41,324 bases of DNA, from NCBI GenBank assembly GCA_037439545.1, contig JBBIVV010000020.1:1-41324 (forward strand), in the 5' to 3' direction. Numbering within the stretch: the first letter of the stretch is position 1; the number at the start of each line of letters is the position of its first letter. Both the position numbers and the translations under genes were made by a program. Origin of the DNA: a bacterium. Its GTDB lineage: Bacteria; JAMCPX01. The notes beneath the pieces are model-generated. The model did no database searches. It worked only from the letters and a program-made list of their open reading frames with translations, and was not told where the DNA came from. Below, in pieces: positions 1 to 9,229 of the stretch.

Positions 1-108
1 AGATACTGCCCTTGGTATTTTCCTCGATAAAAAACCGCACTAATTGGAAACTCAGGACATGGATCGATTCGAGTTCTTGAGAAATAACCCGTTTTTGGTA
101 TAGTTCAG

Positions 109-139
109 AAAAAAGGGCGGTCGAATGACCGCCCTTTTT
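109..139. terminator. Bidirectional intrinsic terminator
   Basis: AAAAAAGGGCGGTC-GAAT-GACCGCCCTTTTT: perfect GC-rich stem with A/T tracts on both sides, 22 bp past the stop of the 819-aa minus-strand gene. Confidence 0.85.
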
Positions 140-161
140 ATGATTCAGTATTAAGGATACG

Positions 162-2621
162 TTATCTTGTCCATCCCACTGAGTTCCACGTTACCGGCAT
201 TGCGGTAAACGGTGTCATAACAGGGGTTGCCTGGAACATATCATACATGGGCAAAGCCGTTGCATCGAACTCTGTCATAGGCGATAACGTCTTGCCCGTC
301 GATTGGCTCAGTATGAGCTCTATAGTCCTTAATGCGCTTGCAAATCCATAGTGTGCAGTAGAGATATATCCGTGTTTCGAATATGGACTAACGACGATGA
401 TGAACGACCGCTCCTGATCGATATGATCGAATCCCGGCTGCGGATCGTCCTCGTCTATAAATATCGCCGTAGAGCCCCAGTATTTACTGTTTGAAACCGC
501 CTGCACGACCAGTGCCGTCGCATAGTCATTTTCCGTATATGCAGACAGAGGGGTGTCGGTCGGTTCGAATCCATCGTCCCCCATAGTCATGAATACAAAA
601 TTCGGGAAGCTGTCGCTCTTGACCATATTGTCGAATGCAGATACAAAGTAATCTGCCTTCACCACATCGCTGAAATTGCTGCCCCCATAGGTCTGATCGA
701 ATTCAGGCAACGAGTTTATCGGATTGCTGCCGTTGTAAACACCGTCGTTATAAAGGGCATTTGCACCCTGTCCAAAAGAAGAGAACGAAATTCCTGCATT
801 CTTCAGTGCATCGAAGATCGTGCCGCTGGGAACAGACGATATCGGCATTCCTGAATCTCCTGCCCTGTTCTGACCTCCATACCCCGTATTGATCGACCAG
901 ATCCTCTGAAGATAATCGCTGATCATGCCTTGAAATGACATAGGATGCCCTGCAATAGAGGGCACGATGTCGAGATAAAAATTCGTATCCAGGGCGAATT
1001 GCTTCACCAGTGCATGAGTGTTCGGTGTCGTGAATCCGATGCCTGAAATACCGGGGTTGCTGCATCCGTAAATCGAAGGCAATGCGGCGAACGCATCGAG
1101 ACTTTCTGCAGAAAGAAACGGACAGGGCACCGGCGCTGCATTTCCCTGAGTGAAAAGATCGCCGAACTCCATGTCAACGGTATGGTTTTCCCTCAAGATA
1201 TAAACGATGTGCGTTATGTTCGACCATGCGCTCGTAATATTTGCCGGAACGGCCGGATGTGCCGGCTGCACGAAATCATTTGCAAGCACCTGGTCCGTGT
1301 ATGCTGCAAGCTGTGCGGTGGTCGGCTGGGTTATGTCCGATACAGAGCCGTAGCAGAACCATGCGTAGTTCGCAAAATCATAAACGTGGAGCGAGGTCGA
1401 AGGTATGTATGGTCCGTGTCCTACACCATACATATTCGCTACGAAGATATGATTATGAACGGGATCGAAGGCAACTGCAGACGGATATACGGCAGTCGGT
1501 ATTCTTCCGAGGACCTGGTCCGTAGCAGTATCGATCACGGCAACGGCATTGTCCGCGCCCATGGAGACATACAGATACTTGCCGTCGCCTGAAAGCGTCA
1601 GGTTGTTCGGCAGTCCTCCCATGGAGGGTTCATCGGCAGATAGTGCGAGCGCTATGGTGCCGGATACCGTATTGGTCGCCGTATTAATGACACTTACCGT
1701 GTCGCTGAGCGAATTGGCAACGTACATCTTGCTCCCGTCCTTTGAAGATATGATAGCTGCGGACCCTACCTGATTCAGAGGTATAGTCGTTACGGTATAG
1801 GGTGTTCCGCTAATTGAAAATACTGTAACCGTTCCCGTGCCTGTATTTGATTGGCGGTTGCATACGTAAGCATCTTTACCGTCGGGTGTTATTGCAATTG
1901 CCCAGGGATAAAACCCGCCTGTCGTTAAGGTGAAGGTCTGCGTATTATTTGTAAGGTCGATGATTGAAATCGTTTCACCCGGATACTGATTGCCGCTTAC
2001 GTCATAGACAACGTTATTCGCAGTGATTAAGGTGTTTCCGTCAGGCGATATGGCAATGCCCGCAGCGGTGGGCCAGACTGTCATCGTGGAACCGAAGGTG
2101 GATGTCGTGTACGTATCGAGAAGTATTTCCCGCTTGAGACTAAGATTGCTGCTTGCATCTATTCCCACGTCCAAAACATAGCCTACCTGCCCGTTGATGC
2201 CCGGAACGTATACATCCGTGCCCGAGGTATTGACCGCCATACCGTCAAAACTCTCATATCCGAGTGCCGGTGTCGTAAGAGAGATGTAGGACGCAATCTT
2301 GTCCGTTGCCGTGTCGATTGCCGTTATCATATGGCTTTTACCTGCATACGTGACCCATCCCGTGCTCAGGACTAACGCTAATTTCCCATCCGGCGTGACG
2401 GTAATCTCACTCGGCTGGGGAATGGCTTTGCGGCCCGCCGCATCGAACGATGAATTCCCAATCTGGACCCCTGCGGGACTCAGTGTGTATCCGTTTGCTC
2501 CCCAGTATTGAGGTGCCGCCGGTGCCGGGCTGCTGGTGCTGGTTCTGCCGCAGCCCGTGACGGCTGCCAAACCGGTAAAAATCATCCACGAAAGAGATAA
2601 AAATAAATGTTTCTTACGCAT
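162..2621 (-). CDS. Lipoprotein: YncE/YVTN beta-propeller fused to an alkaline-phosphatase-superfamily phosphoesterase domain
   Basis: Signal peptide with lipobox VTGC; repeated YVxN/TVSVINT propeller motifs; C-terminal motifs YILRENHTVDxxFG and DDPQPGFDHID; RBS GGAGG. Confidence 0.8.
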   Translation of the reverse strand: MRKKHLFLSLSWMIFTGLAAVTGCGRTSTSSPAPAAPQYWGANGYTLSPAGVQIGNSSFDAAGRKAIPQPSEITVTPDGKLALVLSTGWVTYAGKSHMITAIDTATDKIASYISLTTPALGYESFDGMAVNTSGTDVYVPGINGQVGYVLDVGIDASSNLSLKREILLDTYTTSTFGSTMTVWPTAAGIAISPDGNTLITANNVVYDVSGNQYPGETISIIDLTNNTQTFTLTTGGFYPWAIAITPDGKDAYVCNRQSNTGTGTVTVFSISGTPYTVTTIPLNQVGSAAIISSKDGSKMYVANSLSDTVSVINTATNTVSGTIALALSADEPSMGGLPNNLTLSGDGKYLYVSMGADNAVAVIDTATDQVLGRIPTAVYPSAVAFDPVHNHIFVANMYGVGHGPYIPSTSLHVYDFANYAWFCYGSVSDITQPTTAQLAAYTDQVLANDFVQPAHPAVPANITSAWSNITHIVYILRENHTVDMEFGDLFTQGNAAPVPCPFLSAESLDAFAALPSIYGCSNPGISGIGFTTPNTHALVKQFALDTNFYLDIVPSIAGHPMSFQGMISDYLQRIWSINTGYGGQNRAGDSGMPISSVPSGTIFDALKNAGISFSSFGQGANALYNDGVYNGSNPINSLPEFDQTYGGSNFSDVVKADYFVSAFDNMVKSDSFPNFVFMTMGDDGFEPTDTPLSAYTENDYATALVVQAVSNSKYWGSTAIFIDEDDPQPGFDHIDQERSFIIVVSPYSKHGYISTAHYGFASALRTIELILSQSTGKTLSPMTEFDATALPMYDMFQATPVMTPFTAMPVTWNSVGWTR

Positions 2622-2672
2622 GTTCCCTCCTCCTTTTTTGTTATGTTTTTAGTATAATTTTATAATTTACAA

Positions 2673-2789
2673 CTATGATTCGGCCTCTTTCTGCTCTGCT
2701 TTCTTTTGCATTGCCGCTTTTTTATTCAGCTTGAGTCTCTTTTGTTTCCTTCTCTGCTTTCTGTTCAGCTCGCGGTCTTTTTCTCTCAT
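2673..2789 (-). CDS. 38-aa Lys/Arg-rich small protein (MREKDRELNRKQRRKQKRLKLNKKAAMQKKAEQKEAES)
   Basis: Read by hand (below the ORF-track cutoff): AAGGAGG overlapping the rpmB stop, then CATT-ATG; open to TAG at 2673-2675. Confidence 0.65.
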   Translation of the reverse strand: MREKDRELNRKQRRKQKRLKLNKKAAMQKKAEQKEAES

Positions 2790-2798
2790 AATGCCTCC

Positions 2799-2990
2799 TT
2801 ACACAGCCTTTTGTATCTTGCCCGACTTGATGCATGTCGAACACACATAAGCCCTTCTGACACTGCCGTCCAGCACAATCTTGATCTTTTGGAGATTCGG
2901 CTCCCATCTCCTGTTCGTCTTATTGTTCGCATGGCTCACCTTGTGCCCATACTGAGAGCCCTTACCGCATATTGTGCAAATCTTTGACAT
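2799..2990 (-). CDS. rpmB: 50S ribosomal protein L28 (zinc-ribbon type)
   Basis: MSKICTICGK...VSHANNKTNRRWEPNLQ...VCSTCIKSG; RBS GGAGG. Confidence 0.97.
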   Translation of the reverse strand: MSKICTICGKGSQYGHKVSHANNKTNRRWEPNLQKIKIVLDGSVRRAYVCSTCIKSGKIQKAV

Positions 2991-3078
2991 GTTTTTCCTC
3001 CAGTCTTATTTAAATAAACCAATTTTTTTAACTCTACCTTCACTCACCCGTTCACACAGAGAGGCGAAAGAATATTAT

Positions 3079-5718
3079 TTATTTCTGTTTAATTATCTCC
3101 GCAATCTGTCCTACAGCAGCCGCAAGCCTATCCACTGCCGGACCTCCTGCCTGGGCAAAATCCTTTCTTCCGCCGCCGCTTCCTTCGACCATGACTGCAA
3201 GATGTTTTATGATCTCTGAAGCACTGTATCTGTCCGTCAGGTCTTTTGTAACAAAAACCACGATATTCGCCTTTTCATTTGCATTGCAGCCGATAGCTCC
3301 AATGCCTGTTTGAATCTTCTGTCTCAGGATATCGCACAGATTGCGCAATTCTTCAATGGATATATCTTCTACCACCGAGCTGACGATCTTAACGCCCTGC
3401 ACGGTTACCGCCTTTGAAAGTATGTCCTGCGATATCTCTGCCATGGATTTCGTGCTGCGTACGTGTTTTGTTTCGAGCTCTTTTATCTTTTGCTTCAATT
3501 TACCGGCAGTTTCAAGCACATCGTTCTCGGACGAGCCTAAAAGAGCCGAAAGCTCTTTCAGGGCGGAGAGCCTTTCCCTTACAAGATCGTAAGCCGCCTG
3601 TCCCGTTACGGCTTCTATCCTTCTCACCCCTGCTGATACGGACATTTCCTTTACTATGATGAAAAGCCCTATGTCTCCCGTGCGTCTTATGTGCGTGCCT
3701 CCGCAGAGCTCTTTGCTTATCTTATTGATCGTCACGACCCTCACGATATCTTTATACTTTTCGTCGAACAGTGCGGTGGCGCCTTCTTTGACCGCGTCCT
3801 CGAGCGAAGAGAAGTTGATGACCACCTCATGATTTTCCCTGATCCACTGGTTTACGAGTGATTCTGTCCGGAGAAGCTCATCCGGGCTCACGGCACGGTT
3901 CAACGTGAAATCGAACCTGAGTCTTGCAGGACTTACGAAAGATCCTGCCTGGTTTATGTGTGGGCCTATGAGCCGGCGCAGTGCTGCCTGAAGCAGGTGT
4001 GTCGCAGTATGGTGGAGTGCAGTGGCTTGGCGTTCTTCCCTGTTTACGGCAAGTTCCGTATTCTGTCCTTTTGTAAAATGTCCGCGCTCCACGGTCCCTA
4101 TATGAGCTATGATGCCTTCTAAGGGTTTTGCCGTATCTTTCACGAGGAACCTGTTTGAGCCGGCAGTTATTGTCCCCGTGTCTCCGATCTGACCGCCTGA
4201 TTCCGCATAAAACGGGGTCTCTTTAAACAGAAGGACACCGTCTTCACCCTCGTTCAGATTTTCCGACTGCTGGTTGTCCTTGATAATCCACTGCAAAGAT
4301 GTTTTTAGTGACAGCCTCCTGTATCCGAGAAACTCCGTGGGTCCCGAGGCCTGTAAAATCTGTCCGTACAATGATATGTCTTTTATCTCCATGACCTTTC
4401 CGAACTTACTCGCATCTCTCGCTTTTTTCCTCTGCTCTCCCATGAGCACATTGAATCTTTCACTGTCGACGGTCATGCCGTTTTCCTTTGCGATATCGGA
4501 CAATATATCTATGGGAAAGCCGTAGGTGTCATACAGCTTGAAGGCAAAGGCACCGTCTATGACCCCTGTGCCCGATGATTTCATACCCTGCATGTGTTCG
4601 TCAATAAAAGACAATCCCCTTTCGAGGGTCAGCAGGAACTTCGCTTCCTCGTCCTTGATCGATGATTGTATGAATTTTTTATGCGTGTTCAGGTCCGTGT
4701 AGGTGTCGCCGTAGGATTTTACGACCGCTTCGGCCGCCGTATACAGCGACGGCTCTTTCATGCCGATCATAAATGCGTACCTCAATGCCCTCCTTAAGAT
4801 CCTCCTTAAAACATATCCCCGTTGTTCATTCGAGGGAAGGACGCCGTCGCCAATCAGAAATACCGCTGCCCTTATATGATCGGCTATTACCCTGAGAGCA
4901 GGGCCGGTCGATGCGCCGGGAGCATACGAAACATGAAGGATGTCGGACAGTGCCGTGATAATATTTTTGAATATGTCTATATCGTAGTTACTCGTTACCC
5001 CGGAGAGCACTGCGCTGAGGCGTTCCAGTCCCATACCGGTATCTATGCTCGGCTTCGGGAGAGGCAAGAGTTTCCCGTTATCCTGTTTATTATACTGCAT
5101 GAAAACGAGGTTCCAGATTTCAAGGTACCGGTCGCAATCGCACCCGACCCCGCATTCCGGATTGCTGCATTTTACCGCGTCACCCTGATCGAAGATGATC
5201 TCCGAGCATGGCCCGCAGGGACCCGTTTCACCCATGGACCAGAAGTTGTCTTTTTCTCCCATTCTTATGATGCGGTGAGAGGCGACCTTAACGTCGTTAT
5301 GCCATAGATTATATGCCTCATCGTCGTCCTTGAAGACCGTGATCCAGAGCCGTTCTGCGGGGAGCTTGTAGTGCTGCGTCAGAAGGTCCCATGCAAAATG
5401 GATTGCATCCTTCTTAAAATAATCCCCGAAAGAAAAATTCCCGAGCATCTCAAAAAAGGTGTGATGCCGCGCGGTGTATCCGACATTCTCGAGATCGTTG
5501 TGTTTCCCGCCGGCCCTTACGCACTTCTGGGACGTGCACGCACGCGTATAGTCTGCCTTGTCTTCACCGGTAAACAGCTTCTTGAACTGCACCATGCCTG
5601 CGTTGGTAAAGAGCAGGGTAGGGTCATCGGCAGGGATGAGCGAAGAACTGGGGACAAGCCTGTGTCCCTGTGAAGCAAAGTATTTGAGGAAGATGTCTCT
5701 GATTTCTTTGGTATTCAC
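3079..5718 (-). CDS. alaS: Alanine--tRNA ligase
   Basis: DPTLLFTNAGMVQFK, RHHTFFEMLGNFSFGDYFK, editing motifs HTATHLL and ELCGGTH, C-terminal GGGRKDFAQAGG; GTG start. Confidence 0.98.
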   Translation of the reverse strand: MNTKEIRDIFLKYFASQGHRLVPSSSLIPADDPTLLFTNAGMVQFKKLFTGEDKADYTRACTSQKCVRAGGKHNDLENVGYTARHHTFFEMLGNFSFGDYFKKDAIHFAWDLLTQHYKLPAERLWITVFKDDDEAYNLWHNDVKVASHRIIRMGEKDNFWSMGETGPCGPCSEIIFDQGDAVKCSNPECGVGCDCDRYLEIWNLVFMQYNKQDNGKLLPLPKPSIDTGMGLERLSAVLSGVTSNYDIDIFKNIITALSDILHVSYAPGASTGPALRVIADHIRAAVFLIGDGVLPSNEQRGYVLRRILRRALRYAFMIGMKEPSLYTAAEAVVKSYGDTYTDLNTHKKFIQSSIKDEEAKFLLTLERGLSFIDEHMQGMKSSGTGVIDGAFAFKLYDTYGFPIDILSDIAKENGMTVDSERFNVLMGEQRKKARDASKFGKVMEIKDISLYGQILQASGPTEFLGYRRLSLKTSLQWIIKDNQQSENLNEGEDGVLLFKETPFYAESGGQIGDTGTITAGSNRFLVKDTAKPLEGIIAHIGTVERGHFTKGQNTELAVNREERQATALHHTATHLLQAALRRLIGPHINQAGSFVSPARLRFDFTLNRAVSPDELLRTESLVNQWIRENHEVVINFSSLEDAVKEGATALFDEKYKDIVRVVTINKISKELCGGTHIRRTGDIGLFIIVKEMSVSAGVRRIEAVTGQAAYDLVRERLSALKELSALLGSSENDVLETAGKLKQKIKELETKHVRSTKSMAEISQDILSKAVTVQGVKIVSSVVEDISIEELRNLCDILRQKIQTGIGAIGCNANEKANIVVFVTKDLTDRYSASEIIKHLAVMVEGSGGGRKDFAQAGGPAVDRLAAAVGQIAEIIKQK

Positions 5719-5721
5719 TGA

Positions 5722-6873
5722 TCAAAACTTCTCTATCTTGAAATCCTCATCTTTGCCGGGGCTGGATTTTTTATCGAAGTCTTCCCAGGTCATATCCGAA
5801 CTCGAGGTAATGCCTTTTACCCGTAAAGCGAAATCATCCGGATTGGTCGATTGCCTCAATGCCTCTTCATACGTAATAAGGTTTTGCCTGAACAATTGCA
5901 GGAGCGATTGATCGAAAGTCTGCATGCCATAGGTCGTAAATCCCTTCGATATGGTGTCGGTTATCTCGGTCGCTCTTTCTTCATCCGCGATAAGTTCTTT
6001 TATCCTCGCAGTCGCTATCATGACCTCGATTGCCGGGACCCTTCCTTTATTGTCAACCTTGGGCACGAGCCTCTGGGATATAACGGCCTTCAATATTGCG
6101 GAGAGCTGAAGCCGTATCGCCTTTTGCTGATAAGGGGGGAATATGGAAATAATCCTGTTAATCGTTTCCTTTGCATCGAGGGTATGCAGGGTACTGAAAA
6201 CCAGATGTCCTGTCTCAGCCGCGGTTATGGCCGTTTCAATGGTCTCGAAATCCCTCATCTCGCCGACGAGTATGACATCCGGGTCTTCTCTCAGTGCACT
6301 TCTCAGCGCTGTTGCAAAGCTCTGCGTATCCACACCGAGCTCTCTCTGGTTCACGATACTCTTCTTGTCCCTGAGCAGATACTCTATCGGGTCCTCTATC
6401 GTTATTATATGACAGGTCCTGTTGCCGTTGATGTAATCGATCATCGAAGCAAGGGACGTCGATTTTCCGCTGCCGGTCGTTCCGGTAACGAGCACCAGTC
6501 CCCTCTGCTCCATTGCTATCTTCTCGATGACCTTCGGCAGGTTTAACTGATCGAACGAAGGCACTCCGAACGGTATGACCCTGAACACGCTTCCTATGGT
6601 GCCCCTCTGCTGAAACACATTGACCCTGAATCTTCCAAGTCCCGGCACCCCGTAAGCCATATCGAGCTCATACGTTGATTTAAACTTCTCTCTCTGTACC
6701 GGCGTCATGATGCCGAACGTCATCCTTCCGAGGTCTTCGGGCGTAAGCCTCGGTGCCTCTTTATAGGGCACCAGTGAGCCGTTTATTCTGAATATGGGCG
6801 GCAGGCCTGCTTTCAGATGTATGTCCGATGCATTTGCCTTGGTTGCAATCTTCAGGATGTCATTTAATTCCAT
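5722..6873 (-). CDS. pilT: PilT/PilU-family type IV pilus retraction ATPase
   Basis: ASDIHLKAG, Walker A GTTGSGKS, TIEDPIEY, ALREDPDVILVGEMRD, AETGHLVFSTLHT, GMQTFDQ. Confidence 0.92.
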   Translation of the reverse strand: MELNDILKIATKANASDIHLKAGLPPIFRINGSLVPYKEAPRLTPEDLGRMTFGIMTPVQREKFKSTYELDMAYGVPGLGRFRVNVFQQRGTIGSVFRVIPFGVPSFDQLNLPKVIEKIAMEQRGLVLVTGTTGSGKSTSLASMIDYINGNRTCHIITIEDPIEYLLRDKKSIVNQRELGVDTQSFATALRSALREDPDVILVGEMRDFETIETAITAAETGHLVFSTLHTLDAKETINRIISIFPPYQQKAIRLQLSAILKAVISQRLVPKVDNKGRVPAIEVMIATARIKELIADEERATEITDTISKGFTTYGMQTFDQSLLQLFRQNLITYEEALRQSTNPDDFALRVKGITSSSDMTWEDFDKKSSPGKDEDFKIEKF

Positions 6874-7917
6874 TTATGCTTTCTCCTGTTCTTTTTTTTG
6901 TCCCTTTTCACTTTTTATAAGACCGAAATGATGTTTTATCTTTTCTTCAACTTTAGAAGTGATTTCCGGGTGCTCTTTTAAAAAAAGCCTCGTATTGTCC
7001 CTGCCCTGGCCTATACGCTCATTGTTGAAAGTATACCATGCGCCGCTCTTATCTATTGTCTTGATCTCCGCACCAATGTCAATGATCTCCCCGATTCTTG
7101 AAACACCCTCGCCGTAATATATATCGAATTCACTCTCCCTGAAAGGGGGCGCAACTTTGTTCTTGACAATCTTCACTTTGGTACGCGTCCCTATTATGGA
7201 ATCCCCTTCTTTTAAATTGCCGACCCTCCTGATGTCTATACGGACCGATGCATAAAACTTCAAGGCATTTCCTCCCGTTGTCGTTTCCGGGTTGCCGAAA
7301 AATACGCCGATCTTCATCCTTATCTGATTGGTGAATATGACAGTCGTCTGGGTCTTGCTTATGTTTGCCGTAAGTTTGCGCAGTGCCTGCGACATAAGCC
7401 TTGCCTGTGCTCCCATCTGCGCATCTCCCATCTCGCCTTCAAGCTCTGATTTGGGAACCAGGGCTGCAACGGAGTCTATGACGATGATATCTATTGCGCC
7501 GCTTCGCACCAGGGTGTCCGTTATCTCGAGCGCCTGTTCACCTGAATCCGGCTGGGACACGAGCAGTTCGTCGACATTGACACCGAGTTTTTTTGCATAA
7601 TTTATATCGAGGGCATGTTCTGCGTCTATAAACGCGGCAATACCCCCTGCCTTCTGTGCTTCGGCAATGATATGGAGCGTAAGGGTCGTCTTACCGGATG
7701 ACTCGGGTCCGAAGATCTCGATGACCCTGCCTTTGGGAATGCCGCCTACACCAAGGGCAATATCGAGCCCGAGCGAGCCCGTGGGTATAACAGGCGTATC
7801 GACGATTGCACCTGTCGTCCCGAGCTTCATAATGCTGCCCTTACCGAACTGCTTCTCGATATTAAGAAGTGCCATGTCAAGGGCTTTTTTCTTACTCTGA
7901 GTATCAATAACTGTCAT
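6874..7917 (-). CDS. recA: Recombinase RecA
   Basis: [47 protein letters not shown]. Confidence 0.99.
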   Translation of the reverse strand: MTVIDTQSKKKALDMALLNIEKQFGKGSIMKLGTTGAIVDTPVIPTGSLGLDIALGVGGIPKGRVIEIFGPESSGKTTLTLHIIAEAQKAGGIAAFIDAEHALDINYAKKLGVNVDELLVSQPDSGEQALEITDTLVRSGAIDIIVIDSVAALVPKSELEGEMGDAQMGAQARLMSQALRKLTANISKTQTTVIFTNQIRMKIGVFFGNPETTTGGNALKFYASVRIDIRRVGNLKEGDSIIGTRTKVKIVKNKVAPPFRESEFDIYYGEGVSRIGEIIDIGAEIKTIDKSGAWYTFNNERIGQGRDNTRLFLKEHPEITSKVEEKIKHHFGLIKSEKGQKKEQEKA

Positions 7918-8510
7918 AATGCCTCCTTTTTCAGTTCTACTACATATAATGGGCGGTAAACGGCACCTTTTGGACTAAGTATACTTTGAAACAGTACTAC
8001 CCTGTCAACAATAGAATTGCTTATAGTTTTACCATCCCACAACTTTTTAACTTTTTCAAGTAAGGGCGAATGATCATTCGCCCCTGCATCCCGGCCTGCT
8101 CTCCCGATGGTCAGGTGTGCTGAAAACGGCCTGTCTTCCCTGTTGATGTCGCGGAGAGATTCCTCTATCTTATCGAACAATGCCTTTACCGGTTCACATT
8201 GTTTTATACCTATCCACAAAACCCGCGGTCTGGCAAGAGACGGGAATGCGCCTATGTCCTGCAGGACCATCCTGAAGGCGTCCATGCTTTTGAGAGTATC
8301 CATTGCTTCCTTTGCCCGTTTGACCTGCTGATCATTTACCATACCGAGAAACTTCAGCGTAAGATGGATATTGTTTTTCTCGACCCATCTTGTAGTATTG
8401 AGTGCATGGCTCCTATCGCTGTCAGCAGGTGCTTTTAATGAGTCGATGATCTTTATGACCGCCTGCTTCGCGGTATCTTCAAACGGCAGTGCAATAAACG
8501 CTCTTATCAT
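7914..8510 (-). CDS. thpR: RNA 2',3'-cyclic phosphodiesterase (2H family)
   Basis: RAFIAL start, two HxT motifs ([14 protein letters not shown]), PRVLWIG; usual position upstream of recA. Confidence 0.9.
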   Translation of the reverse strand: MIRAFIALPFEDTAKQAVIKIIDSLKAPADSDRSHALNTTRWVEKNNIHLTLKFLGMVNDQQVKRAKEAMDTLKSMDAFRMVLQDIGAFPSLARPRVLWIGIKQCEPVKALFDKIEESLRDINREDRPFSAHLTIGRAGRDAGANDHSPLLEKVKKLWDGKTISNSIVDRVVLFQSILSPKGAVYRPLYVVELKKEAL

Positions 8511-8512
8511 GC

Positions 8513-8986
8513 TTATAAGACCGCATAGAGAAAGATTACCGCATGGGTAACGATATTTGCGAAGACACCGGCAACAACGTCGTCGAGCATGACCCCTGTT
8601 CCTCCATGAATAGAGGTGTCGATAAAGGATACCGGATACGGCTTGATTATATCGAACGCCCTGAAGCAGAGGAATCCAATTAAAAGGTTTACAAAGCCTG
8701 CCGGTATGAAAAGCATGGTGATATACATGCCGGCAATCTCGTCAATCACGATCTTGCCGCTGTCCTGCTCGTGCAGAATCTTTTCCGCCTTACCTGCCGC
8801 GTATGTCCCGGCAAAAAGCAGCCCCGCCAACAGGAGCAGCGATTGAAAGAGATTCAGGTGCCGTGAAGCCGCATAATAAAGTCCCGCACCTATCATGCTG
8901 CCGAATGTTCCGGGCGCAAAAGGGATATATCCGGTGAACATGCCGGTTGCCACGAACAAGACGAATGTGTTATAAAGGTTTTTCAT
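8513..8986 (-). CDS. pgpA: Phosphatidylglycerophosphatase A
   Basis: APGTFGS, IVIDEIAG, FRAFDIIKP, GVMLDDVVAG. Confidence 0.93.
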   Translation of the reverse strand: MKNLYNTFVLFVATGMFTGYIPFAPGTFGSMIGAGLYYAASRHLNLFQSLLLLAGLLFAGTYAAGKAEKILHEQDSGKIVIDEIAGMYITMLFIPAGFVNLLIGFLCFRAFDIIKPYPVSFIDTSIHGGTGVMLDDVVAGVFANIVTHAVIFLYAVL

Positions 8987-9041
8987 ATCCTGTACATGGC
9001 TATTTTGAATAACACAGCCCAGAATTAAATGCGATACTCTA

Positions 9042-9152
9042 AAGTAAACCCCGTGAGAAGAGACATGGCTTTAACCCACGCCCTTTCTATAAGGAATTAA
9101 AAATTATCATAGTATCCCCACCGTAAATGGCGGGGCTTTCTCACGGGGTAAA
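9042..9152 (+). repeat. 111-bp palindromic repeat element, copy 1
   Basis: TAAA-CCCCGTGAGAA ... TTCTCACGGGG-TAAA terminal inverted repeat with an inner imperfect CCCCACCGTAAATGGCGGGG hairpin; 10 mismatches against copy 2 by manual alignment. Confidence 0.9.
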
Positions 9153-9160
9153 CAATTACA

Positions 9161-9190
9161 TTGACTATAGTTACGGCGATCACCTAAAAT
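9161..9190 (+). promoter_or_regulatory. Putative sigma70 promoter of the metallophosphoesterase gene
   Basis: TTGACT-N18-TAAAAT, about 40 bp before the ATG at 9230. Confidence 0.5.
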
Positions 9191-9229
9191 ATATTTTATC
9201 GAATCAGAAAACTGTAAAAAGGAGGTTCT

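Noticed and set aside
1..108. 3' end of a plus-strand gene converging on the terminator
   Set aside because: Plausible given the bidirectional terminator, but all three frames stop within 80 nt and none can be identified
2706..2987. 93-aa plus-strand ORF and 61-aa minus-strand ORF (2722-2907) over rpmB
   Set aside because: Shadow frames of rpmB and of the 38-aa ORF, with no RBS or motifs
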